Positions 41,773 through 50,301 are shown, counted from the first letter of the stretch. The stretch: DNA of 64,000 nt from Wickerhamiella versatilis (GCA_030867685.1 JAQOWU010000008.1:434001-498000); one strand, 5' to 3'. The notes: generated by a model not told the origin, from the sequence alone. Numbers and translations: made by a program.

Positions 41773-42256
41773 AGTCAGCGGTAGTGACCGAATGTAATTG
41801 AAGATAAATTCGTGGTTAGTTTTAATAAATAGCGCCTTTAAAGGCTTTATTACCACTATAAGTATCACGTTTGGAAAGATGCATTATTTTTTCTCTTGAC
41901 TTTAAGAAAATTAACAATTATATAACACCAGTTTTACCTTCATATATTACTTTTTTCATAATTGAAAGTGTTAAAAAAATTAAGATTAACGTCTCAAAGT
42001 TTCTTTTCGAATTTCTAGCTGAATTGCAATACCTTTTTTTGAAGTCAAACTATACTATTATAATAATGCTAAACCCACCTAACTGTCCTTAGTCTAATTT
42101 TAATTATGATAATGTGATAAGTCAGTGGCTCAAGTAAGTGTATGGCACAACAATAGCAATTGGAGAAATGCAAAATAAATGAGAGTTTGCCAAGAAATTA
42201 ATTTCTTGTTGTGTACGGCATCCCTCTTCCCGCTTAGGTAAACGACAGCCTGGAGA

Positions 42257-43573
42257 ATGACTGCTATACCGCAACCATACACCAACGACGACAAGGAGTG
42301 TTTTGCATATACTTCAGTAAATGAAAGGTGGCCCGCAATTCTGAATGGGGTAGTTAAGGATTTAATCCAAGCTGCTGAATCGGCGTCTGGTGAGGCTCAT
42401 GATGAAGCAACCACGATAGCGGCTGATGTCAAAAAGTTTATCTCTGAGATTGATGCAGATGCAGAGCTTTTGCCCTTAGCAGAAGACCAGGCATTCTCTG
42501 CAAAGAATATGCACTGGAAGTCTGCACCATGGCTCTATAGTGAATGTTACCTTTACCGGAAAACGCAACTATTCTTTGACAAGAGCAAACACTGGAAAAA
42601 GTATGATATGTTCCACCAGTCTAAGGAACAGGCATTCTTCAAGTCTGCTGAGGCGGTTGCAACATTAGCAGATCGTTATATTCAGGTGGAGAAGCAAGTG
42701 ACAACGCAGCTTAGAGCAGACGAGCTAGCACTCAAAGTGCTATTCCACGAATTGTTGAATACTGCGCTCTGGGGTAATGCCACGGATCTAAGCCTGCTCG
42801 TAACCGTGAGTCTGGAGGAATTGAAGAAGTTGCAGGTGGCAGCTGAAGACCGGGATAAAGAGAGCGTGCTGGCCCAAGATTTTGAAGCTGTATGGAAGCA
42901 GATGTGGGAGATGAAAGGAGGACGTGTTGATTTTGTTCTGGATAATGCAGGATTTGAGCTCTACACTGATCTGATCTTGGCACTGTTTTTACTGGATACT
43001 GGTTTGGCTGAACAAGTGGTACTTCATCCCAAATCGCAACCTTGGTTTGTGTCGGATGTTGTTCCAGGAGACTGGGCACATCTCTTGGATATGCTGCAGA
43101 ACAGCAGTAAATTCCCCAAAAATCCTGAAGCAATTCATGCTGTCGTCAAGCGACTGGAGCAAGTGCAGAATGAGGGCCAGCTTTTATTGCGACCCAATAA
43201 ATTTTGGACCACCCCTCTCCCATATTGGGAAATCCATGAAGGCGGTAGCAATGGTGGAGACTCTGTCTGGCGTGATCTCCGTGCTTCTAAGCTTGTGATT
43301 TTCAAAGGTGATCTTAATTACCGTAAATTGACTGGCGATATTGCTTGGCCTCGTGATACTCCGTTTAAATCGGCAATTAGGGAGTTGGCCGACGCCAATA
43401 TAAACCTGTTATCCTTGCGCACAATCAAGGCCGATGTTTGCGTTGGGTTACCTACAGGAAAGGACAAGGAGCTTGAGAAAAAATGGGCCGCGAGCCATCC
43501 TGGCAAGCCACCTGGCTCATGGGCATGGAGTGGCAACTATGCCGTTATAGAAGCATCTCTGAAAAATAACTAA
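42257..43573 (+). CDS. DUF89/ARMT1-family damage-control metal-dependent phosphatase (YMR027W-like)
   Basis: PWLYSECYLYR, LWGNATDLS, VLDNAGFEL, PWFVSDV, FKGDLNYRKL, RTIKAD. Confidence 0.93.
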   Translation: MTAIPQPYTNDDKECFAYTSVNERWPAILNGVVKDLIQAAESASGEAHDEATTIAADVKKFISEIDADAELLPLAEDQAFSAKNMHWKSAPWLYSECYLYRKTQLFFDKSKHWKKYDMFHQSKEQAFFKSAEAVATLADRYIQVEKQVTTQLRADELALKVLFHELLNTALWGNATDLSLLVTVSLEELKKLQVAAEDRDKESVLAQDFEAVWKQMWEMKGGRVDFVLDNAGFELYTDLILALFLLDTGLAEQVVLHPKSQPWFVSDVVPGDWAHLLDMLQNSSKFPKNPEAIHAVVKRLEQVQNEGQLLLRPNKFWTTPLPYWEIHEGGSNGGDSVWRDLRASKLVIFKGDLNYRKLTGDIAWPRDTPFKSAIRELADANINLLSLRTIKADVCVGLPTGKDKELEKKWAASHPGKPPGSWAWSGNYAVIEASLKNN

Positions 43574-44649
43574 GCTACTGCGTCTGGATAATAACAAAAT
43601 GAGATGGCAGTAATTAAATAAAGGAATATTAGCATAACCCCCTCAAGCCAATTACTTTCACCATCATGTAAAACAAGATGGGTTAGATATACGGTAAGAA
43701 AGAAGCTAAATACTTCAAAAGGTGGATAAACCAGCGACAAGGGCTCCCCTACTCTCCAGGATATTATAACCAAAACTGGCATAAGAAAATTCGCCAATGT
43801 TATCGAGGACCCCAGTGCTACATTCACAACCTTCATCATTTCATCGTTGGCAGCTAGCCTAATGCAATGAATAAATTTGATGAGGGTGCCTGCTAGGGGT
43901 AGAATGAAAAGACCAACGAAAGATTCTTTCATCGAAACTTTGTGTGCGAAGCCTCGGAGAGACTCTATGAGATTTTTTGAAAGTAAGCAGGCACCAGCGA
44001 GTTCGATAATTAACAGAAAAACAATAGAAACCTTCCTCGTTGTTGACTTATATATAAGTCGTTGCGATTCACTACGTTCATTTCCGGCCGTGACCTCGAT
44101 TCTGTCTGTCACAAATTTCACATTAAGAATATATATTATCAACAATAGAATCGAAGTTAAGCGACTGGCGTATAGTGCCACTGCCTTCTGATCCTTTGGC
44201 AGCAAGTAGTATAAGAATGTAGGTAATATCACAGATATGGCACTTATCATCAACATGCTTGACAGTGCCTGTAAGTGGGCTAATCGGAACGATTCATGCA
44301 GATTGTGGCCTCTAATACCCCCCAAAACTAAACAAGAGCCAAGCAGGAGCAACAAGTTCGATAAAATAGCACCTAATACCAGAGTTTGTGCGAGAGTTAT
44401 ATCTCGGAGCAATAAAGCCACTAAGGCAAGTATGAGATCCGCAGTGTTGCCAATCAGGGGATCTGCTAGTGAACTCCATACATGATCTTTTAGGGTAAAG
44501 ACAGATGCAGCAGTATTGGCAATTAATGGAACAATTGAAACGAGTGCTATCAGACTTGAAACGAACACTGCAATAGCATAAACTGTGCCAAATGGTATCA
44601 ATACACCGAGAACAACGAGTGTCGTTAGTCCGTAGGACTTAAATTCCAT
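43570..44649 (-). CDS. Divergent Vcx1-like CAX cation/H+ exchanger
   Basis: GAILSNLLLLLG, FVGLFILPL, ALGSSI, DGESNWLEGVMLIFLY; alpha-repeat acidic residues are altered. Confidence 0.8.
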   Translation of the reverse strand: MEFKSYGLTTLVVLGVLIPFGTVYAIAVFVSSLIALVSIVPLIANTAASVFTLKDHVWSSLADPLIGNTADLILALVALLLRDITLAQTLVLGAILSNLLLLLGSCLVLGGIRGHNLHESFRLAHLQALSSMLMISAISVILPTFLYYLLPKDQKAVALYASRLTSILLLIIYILNVKFVTDRIEVTAGNERSESQRLIYKSTTRKVSIVFLLIIELAGACLLSKNLIESLRGFAHKVSMKESFVGLFILPLAGTLIKFIHCIRLAANDEMMKVVNVALGSSITLANFLMPVLVIISWRVGEPLSLVYPPFEVFSFFLTVYLTHLVLHDGESNWLEGVMLIFLYLITAISFCYYPDAVA

Positions 44650-44865
44650 TCTCAAGGTATTGTGACTAGAGCAATATGATGGACGATATCTGGTCTCGCT
44701 TCAGTTGGTATGGACGAAAACAGCACGAATAGTTCATATAATCTTTCTGTACTAACTATAGTCAAACAGATCTCAAGTTTTCAAGGATTATGATCCAAAG
44801 CGGCTGATATTGTCTACGGGTGACTAGGGCAGGGGCTCGAGGGTGCATCTGTCATTACACGGCGC

Positions 44866-46275
44866 ATGTCGTCGGTAGTCTACTATCGCTTCAAGTCGAG
44901 CAAGGTATCCCAGCGTATCAATTTTGATGGTACAGGGATATCTATTTTTGATCTAAAGCGAGAGATCGTGCTGGCTAATGGATTAGAGAACACAGCAGAT
45001 TCTTTTGACCTTCGACTTGTGAATCCGGACAACGGTGAAATATACAGTGATGATGCGGAAGTTCTTCCTCGATCATCTTCAGTAGAAGTGCGCCGTGTTC
45101 CCACGAGCCGTCCTGGTGCTCGTGATTCTGCATCTCGCTACGTGAGTGGCAGTCTGGTTGGCAACGCAAAAAATGCATCGAGAAGAGAGAATTTTAAGCG
45201 AACAGCCTCTGAGGTAGAGACACCTGCTGCTCCTGTAGTTATTCCTACCAGTGGCTCCGAGGAGGACAAGGTTAATGCTATGTTTGCAGCCCAAGGTGCA
45301 CAGTGGTCACAAACTCAACAAGAAATGGCCACCAAGACACCTATATTTAATCCAAGGGCAGCAGCTAATATACCAGAGAAGCCGTTGCCACCACATTATA
45401 TATGCCATCGTTGCGGGCAACGAGGACATTGGATTCAAAATTGTCCTAGTTTAACTGATCCGAACTGGGAGATAAAGAAAGTGCGACGGACCACAGGTAT
45501 TCCCAGATCAATGCTCAGAACCGTGGATAAACCACCAGATGATGGAAAGACCTATTTAATGACCCCTGATGGGGAGTATGTGGTTGCTGTGGCCGACGAC
45601 AAATCTTGGCAAGATTTTCAAAGGCGCCAGCAACAACAGCAAGCAAGAGCTCAACGAGAAGTGCCAGAAGAACTTATGGACCCGATCACGCATGAACTTA
45701 TGGTCGCACCTCACTCTATGCCATGCTGTGGTAAAACTTATAGTGAGGCCTCAATTCAGGAATCATTGATCGCCAGTGACTTTCATTGCCCTAATTGTGG
45801 CCGCGAAGACATTTTTATTGACCAGCTTGTCCCAGATACTGATATGATGGCCAAAATAGACCGGTTTGAGAATCCAGATATTGCATCTCCGAAAGAAGTA
45901 AAGGAAGAACCCAATGGTGTCCATTCTCCTCCAAAGACAGAATCTAATGACCTGCCTGAGTCTGACGACAGTGACTATGAGCCTACAGCAGATAGCCCCA
46001 GAAGTCATATATCAATTGGCAGTCCTCGCGAGGAGATGGAGCAGGATGAACAGAACAACCAACAGCAGCAGCAGGCTTCACAGCAACCCCCCCAGGCGGC
46101 GCAATTTTTCCCTATGATGTGGCCCTTTATGATGCCTATGCCACCGCCTGGCCGTTCAATAAAGCCTTATGAGCAACCAGTCGCAAAGGATGACTCGAGC
46201 CCTATGGATGAATCAAGTAGCTCTAGCGACTCTGATGAAGATTCCAGCCGCATGCTTCGCAAAAGGCGAAAGTAA
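44866..46275 (+). CDS. MPE1: Cleavage/polyadenylation factor Mpe1 (RBBP6)
   Basis: DWNN domain (SSVVYYRFKS), zinc knuckle CHRCGQRGHWIQNC, RTTGIP, RING/U-box-like PCCGKTYS...CPNC. Confidence 0.95.
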   Translation: MSSVVYYRFKSSKVSQRINFDGTGISIFDLKREIVLANGLENTADSFDLRLVNPDNGEIYSDDAEVLPRSSSVEVRRVPTSRPGARDSASRYVSGSLVGNAKNASRRENFKRTASEVETPAAPVVIPTSGSEEDKVNAMFAAQGAQWSQTQQEMATKTPIFNPRAAANIPEKPLPPHYICHRCGQRGHWIQNCPSLTDPNWEIKKVRRTTGIPRSMLRTVDKPPDDGKTYLMTPDGEYVVAVADDKSWQDFQRRQQQQQARAQREVPEELMDPITHELMVAPHSMPCCGKTYSEASIQESLIASDFHCPNCGREDIFIDQLVPDTDMMAKIDRFENPDIASPKEVKEEPNGVHSPPKTESNDLPESDDSDYEPTADSPRSHISIGSPREEMEQDEQNNQQQQQASQQPPQAAQFFPMMWPFMMPMPPPGRSIKPYEQPVAKDDSSPMDESSSSSDSDEDSSRMLRKRRK

Positions 46276-46432
46276 AACTTTACACCATTAAGTTGCACAT
46301 AATTTTAACTTCTAATTACATCCTATTTTAGCATAACTCGTTAGGTGTAGAGGTGGCTTCGCAGCTAAGCTTAGCTTACTGTTACGCGTTCGGATTACGT
46401 GGTATCCGTCTCTCTCTCTCTTTTGTACTGGG

Positions 46433-46963
46433 ATGAACGCCGTGTATTCGCGACTCGCGAACCTTCAAATGTCTGGCGGAATTAGCCTCGACAACATTCG
46501 TAACGAAACCAGCAATTTGCGTAGTCGTTTCAGTAATCTTCGTGGCCCACGGGACTTCTTCGATTTCAAGCGCGTGTCTCGTCCCTTAGGCTGGGGCGAT
46601 GCGCAATCCAGGGTGACCTTTAACCTAAGATATTTTTCCAGTGATTATTCTGTGATAATTTTATCGCTCGTGGTATACGCTTTGCTCACAAACTTGCTCC
46701 TATTGTTTGTTCTAATATTAGCGGTGGGAGGATTTTTGGGTATTTCTGCACTTGGGGGAGCCGATCTGGTCTTGCCAGGAGGCCTTGTGATCACTTCTCA
46801 GTCGCTTTATATCGCTTTGGGAGTGGTCACCGTTCCGCTTTTCATTATCGCGTCACCGATGGCTACAATGTTTTGGCTCATAGGAGCAGCCGCTGTGACA
46901 ATCCTTGGCCACGCAGCTCTATTGGAAAAACCACTTGAGAGTGAGTTTGCTGAACAGGTTTAG
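46433..46963 (+). CDS. YIP3: PRA1-family protein Yip3
   Basis: FFDFKRVSRP, SRVTFNLRYFSSDY, LGHAALLEKPLESEF. Confidence 0.92.
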   Translation: MNAVYSRLANLQMSGGISLDNIRNETSNLRSRFSNLRGPRDFFDFKRVSRPLGWGDAQSRVTFNLRYFSSDYSVIILSLVVYALLTNLLLLFVLILAVGGFLGISALGGADLVLPGGLVITSQSLYIALGVVTVPLFIIASPMATMFWLIGAAAVTILGHAALLEKPLESEFAEQV

Positions 46964-47011
46964 TTCTATAGATACTTTCTTCGTTATATAATATGTCTTA
47001 GGCTGCGTTAG

Positions 47012-47099
47012 CTTGATCAGAACCACGCCTTGTCAGGGGCGATTTTCAGCAAATGATGCCTCAGTTGACCGTCGTGAGTTGTGGGAGCATCATCTCAAG
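47012..47099 (-). ncRNA. SNR73: Box C/D snoRNA, snR73/U35 homolog (25S Cm2959)
   Basis: Box C ATGATGC, guide CTCACGACGGTC complementary to LSU GACCGUCGUGAG, D' CTGA (D+5 lands on the first C), box D CTGA, stem CTTGA/TCAAG. Confidence 0.9.
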
Positions 47100-47109
47100 T
47101 AAAACTTAC

Positions 47110-47183
47110 CTTCAGGTTATAAATATATCCCCACACATAAAGTCGGTTGTATGCTTGCAAAATTAAATGAAATCATCATTAGC
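47110..47183 (-). ncRNA. SNR74: Box C/D snoRNA, snR74 homolog (18S Am28), apparently exonic
   Basis: Box C ATGATGA, guide GCAAGCATA complementary to SSU UAUGCUUGU, D' CCGA (the D+5 rule lands on A28), box D CTGA. Confidence 0.75.
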
Positions 47184-47257
47184 CTCCGAGGTAGAAGTCA
47201 GTTGCAGGCAGTGCCCACCACCTAAAACCTCATCTATCCCGCTGTCATGTTAGTGCT

Positions 47258-47344
47258 GCCCTCAGTAGCGTAGGTTTTCTAGGCCCACTAAAAGCTTTTC
47301 ACTCAGCGAATTTCAGTGCCCAGTGCTGTAAATCCTCATTGGGT
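47258..47344 (-). ncRNA. SNR76: Box C/D snoRNA, snR76 homolog (25S Cm2197)
   Basis: Box C ATGAGGA, guide AGCACTGGGCA directly before D' CTGA (LSU UGCCCAGUGCU), box D CTGA, CCC/GGG stem. Confidence 0.88.
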
Positions 47345-47374
47345 ACATACCCATTTGTCTATTCTTTCTTGTTA

Positions 47375-47467
47375 GCACATCAGTCCATGTGTTGCAGCAA
47401 CCAATTTTTCTCAGCACGAGTTGTGCTCTGATAATTCCAGCTTATAGGTTTGAAGCATCATCTGTAC
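47375..47467 (-). ncRNA. SNR77: Box C/D snoRNA, snR77 homolog (18S helix-18 loop, Um578 region)
   Basis: Box C ATGATGC, guide AGCTGGAATTATC complementary to SSU GGUAAUUCCAGCU, box D CTGA, terminal stem GTACA/TGTGC. Confidence 0.85.
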
Positions 47468-47486
47468 ATACCCTTTCGGTTAGTCT

Positions 47487-47566
47487 GTCCTCAGTTTGTG
47501 CATTATGATCATAAAAACATTTCACAAACTCTAGTTTGTATTTTTAATGGTTGATCTTCACCGGAC
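47487..47566 (-). ncRNA. SNR78: Box C/D snoRNA, snR78 homolog (25S Um2421, S. cerevisiae numbering)
   Basis: Box C GTGAAGA, guide CAAACTAGAGT complementary to LSU ACUCUAGUUUG, D' GTGA, box D CTGA, terminal stem GTCC/GGAC. Confidence 0.85.
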
Positions 47567-47673
47567 TTACTCTTATCCTCCTCTCCTATTCAGGGGGTGG
47601 ATAGTAATGCAAAAACTGGAAAAACAGTCAGCAGTGACTTGGTTAAAATATGTATACTTGATTATGTAAGGAT

Positions 47674-47988
47674 CTATTTACCGAGCGTGACGCCCACATT
47701 CTCCAAGAATACCACGTTGGAGGCACCATTAGCGACCTTATCGATAATAGCTTTATTGAATGCCTTGCCATGTTCAGTGCCCATGTGTGCCTTAAATCCC
47801 TCTTCACCATAGTAGGTCTCTTCCACATGGAAAGTATCAGGATCATCCTTTAGAGAATAAACCTCGAATCGTAGATTGCCTGGCTCTGCTCTAACGCTCT
47901 CAGCTAAGTCGCAAAGAGCATCGGCAACAAACTGGCGCTGACCAGGCAGCGCAGTCATCGTAGCATAAAGAGTTTTGATTTCCGGCAT
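47674..47988 (-). CDS. ABM (antibiotic biosynthesis monooxygenase) family, putative quinol monooxygenase-like; bacterial-looking
   Basis: 104 aa; VRAEPGNLRFEVY...DPDTFHVEETY...FKAHMGTEH matches the dimeric alpha-beta barrel ABM signature. Confidence 0.85.
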   Translation of the reverse strand: MPEIKTLYATMTALPGQRQFVADALCDLAESVRAEPGNLRFEVYSLKDDPDTFHVEETYYGEEGFKAHMGTEHGKAFNKAIIDKVANGASNVVFLENVGVTLGK

Positions 47989-48507
47989 TGTAAATACGAG
48001 TTTATGAGTAGCTCAAAAGTGGAGTATCTGGCTTATTTATATATCGTTTATTACTCCCGACTTAGTGACAGCAAAGCGCCTTTGTGCTCTCTTGTGGTTA
48101 GGGTATCTCCTCGAGTATTTTGGGCTCGTCGTATCGTACTCCACGTATTTTTATGGAACACGGTAGAATCCAGCAGCTAATATGAATTACGCAACGTTAT
48201 AATAAGCACCACGGCACACGCACACATATCCCATAAATTGCCTAATATTGTGTGCTAAGACGGCAAATTAGAAGCTAAATACATGAGAAAACAATCCCTA
48301 TAACAGAGCAATACTCTTTTTTTAAGGCAACGCTCATTATATATATAAGGTCATGCGCTGGGGTTTGGAATACTCACAGCTTGGTTAAACTAATTGGCCT
48401 GATACAAGGGCCCGTGATGAGACACTCAGCTTTAAGCCACTCGCGAAGCCCAAAAAACAACACAGGCTGCGACATCCACGTCCCAGAAAGAGCTCCGACC
48501 AGCAGGC

Positions 48508-48663
48508 TTAGGTGCGGAGCTTAGTGCGCCGCCAGTGCCGACGCTTGTAGTTGAAACGAATATTGTTTGTGGTCTTGGCACGAACGAAGAGAGGAACGTG
48601 TCCGTTCTGCTTTGCGGCCTTCGCAAGCTTCAACTTGGTGCGCAACGACTTGTTCGAGGGCAT
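48508..48663 (-). CDS. RPL39: 60S ribosomal protein eL39, divergent, intronless (below the ORF-track size cutoff)
   Basis: MPSNKSLRTKLKLAKAAKQNGHVPLFVRAKTTNNIRFNYKRRHWRRTKLRT; 51 aa, with KLAKAxKQN and NxKRRHWRRTKL signatures. Confidence 0.93.
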   Translation of the reverse strand: MPSNKSLRTKLKLAKAAKQNGHVPLFVRAKTTNNIRFNYKRRHWRRTKLRT

Positions 48664-48864
48664 GCTGCGATGAGATCACACTGAGGGGCTCTAATGTCCA
48701 ACCGTCGGGAGAGTCTGTTGAAAGAGGCCCCGAGCCCTATGATGACTAACATAACAGATCGATGGATTGTATGGGTTAGGGAATTTATGTAGGTTAAGAT
48801 GTGAATGTCTAGTGAAGGTAATTAAGGAGATCCAAATACGGCAATAGGAAAAAAAAGAATTAGA

Positions 48865-50301
48865 TTAGTCGTCATCGACACGGTCCACCCATTCCTGGCA
48901 GTCAGCAAGTATCCGCTGAGAGATTTCGTGTCGAAGTTGCTGAATGGCCGCCTGCAGCCTCCTTTCAATTATTTCACAGCCCTCTATGAGTGGAGGCTGG
49001 CCTTGGCGCTCACGATAACGCTTGAAAAGTGCAAGTGGCCGCATATTAGTGACTTGTGTACAACCCCGGATTTCCAGCACGGTGAGCTTTGGCGTGTATC
49101 CCAAAATGCGAGGCACTGAGGCATCAGTCAAAAGCCTACAGTTATTAAGTGAAAGTCTCTGTAAAAAGGGTCCTCTGTGAATCGCCAATTCCCAGAGAGC
49201 ACGGTCGTCAATGCAACATCCTGCTAGTCCAAGGGTGGTGACCTTGGTCAAACGGGCTAGGTGTTTTATAGCTTTGTATGTGATGCACTCACCCCCTCGA
49301 GTACGCCCAACATTCAGAAGCTGAAGATCACTGCAGTAACGCGCTATTAACTTGAGGCCCTTATCCGTTACAAGCTCACAGGCTCGTAGATCAAGGAACT
49401 CAAGACGCGGGCACAAAGCAGCTATGTGGGAAAGAGTACGGTCACAGACGCGGGTACAACCTGGAAGAACGATCTTAGTGAGTAGACCACCCACAAGCAG
49501 CTCGGCGGGCGGAGCGAGGCCCGGGCACGTGTATAACTCGAGCCATTCAAGCTGGCCGCCGATATTTGGCGCTAGCACATCAATTTCGACCTGTTGTGCC
49601 CCACTTAGCTTATGAAGAACCAGCATTTTAGGTCGTCGTACCAATGAGCGGGCACCTGTCTGTGTAAACTCTGTCCATCTCTGCATTGACTGGAAGAATA
49701 CTCGTGATTCTAGGACACGTACCGCTACATTGTGCCAGAGTCGATTTACAAGCAGGCATGCGAAAACCCCCGTGGGCTGCGATGGTGCGGATTCAATTGC
49801 GGGCTCCTTCGAGGTACACTCCCACATTTTGACTGCCTCATCAGTGTTACCCCAAATTAACTGAGCATGTCGTAAGGAAAGTGGTTTCCGTCGCCGCTGG
49901 CTGATCTCATGGGGTACCACCGTCATGCTGTCAAGTGCATCGAGAATCGACATTAATATTTCAGGCGTTGCCAACGCTCGGTGGACCGAATCACCAGCCA
50001 TTACCCGAGGTTTTGACGGCCGATAACAACTCTCGCCCGGTAAGTCGACCCGAGAATAGTCATTTGCCACGGTTTTGTGGGGGTGGTCTTCGATATCGAG
50101 TTCATATGGTACATTACATTCCTCATTAAGTGGCTTACCACCCCTATGAACATCATGCGAACATGAAGCAGATACCATACGAGGGCCAGCTCCATGAGTT
50201 GGTACTTCGCCAGTACGCTGCTGCGACTGCTTACCCCTTCGCTGTCTCAATAGAAACAGGGCTGACGGCAGCGAGACACTGCGGCGATTCCCTGGATCCA
50301 T
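48865..50301 (-). CDS. AMN1: Antagonist of mitotic exit network Amn1 (atypical F-box/LRR)
   Basis: ALATPEIL, RRRKPLSLRHAQLI, CLLVNRLW, and several cysteine-containing LRRs (LDLRACE, LGLAGC, RLSLNNC). Confidence 0.88.
   Translation of the reverse strand: MDPGNRRSVSLPSALFLLRQRRGKQSQQRTGEVPTHGAGPRMVSASCSHDVHRGGKPLNEECNVPYELDIEDHPHKTVANDYSRVDLPGESCYRPSKPRVMAGDSVHRALATPEILMSILDALDSMTVVPHEISQRRRKPLSLRHAQLIWGNTDEAVKMWECTSKEPAIESAPSQPTGVFACLLVNRLWHNVAVRVLESRVFFQSMQRWTEFTQTGARSLVRRPKMLVLHKLSGAQQVEIDVLAPNIGGQLEWLELYTCPGLAPPAELLVGGLLTKIVLPGCTRVCDRTLSHIAALCPRLEFLDLRACELVTDKGLKLIARYCSDLQLLNVGRTRGGECITYKAIKHLARLTKVTTLGLAGCCIDDRALWELAIHRGPFLQRLSLNNCRLLTDASVPRILGYTPKLTVLEIRGCTQVTNMRPLALFKRYRERQGQPPLIEGCEIIERRLQAAIQQLRHEISQRILADCQEWVDRVDDD

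Larger units (their letters stand above)
46990..47600 (-). ncRNA. Spliced non-coding snoRNA host transcript (snR78-snR72 cluster homolog); ends approximate
   Basis: Four introns with consensus signals: 47570-47473 (GTAAGT/GACTAAC/AAG), 47471-47359 (GTATGT/GCTAAC/TAG), 47350-47242 (GTATGT/ACTAAC/CAG), 47109-47003 (GTAAGT/GCTAAC/CAG). No ORF. Confidence 0.85.

Noticed and set aside
47228-47238. TAGATGAGG resembling a remnant snR75 guide
   Set aside because: Too short and lacks flanking C/D boxes; cannot be distinguished from chance.
48432-48749. Track ORFs of 60-64 aa and a plus-strand ATGATGACTAAC motif
   Set aside because: The ORFs overlap RPL39 in other frames or strands; the motif has no matching donor or box D.
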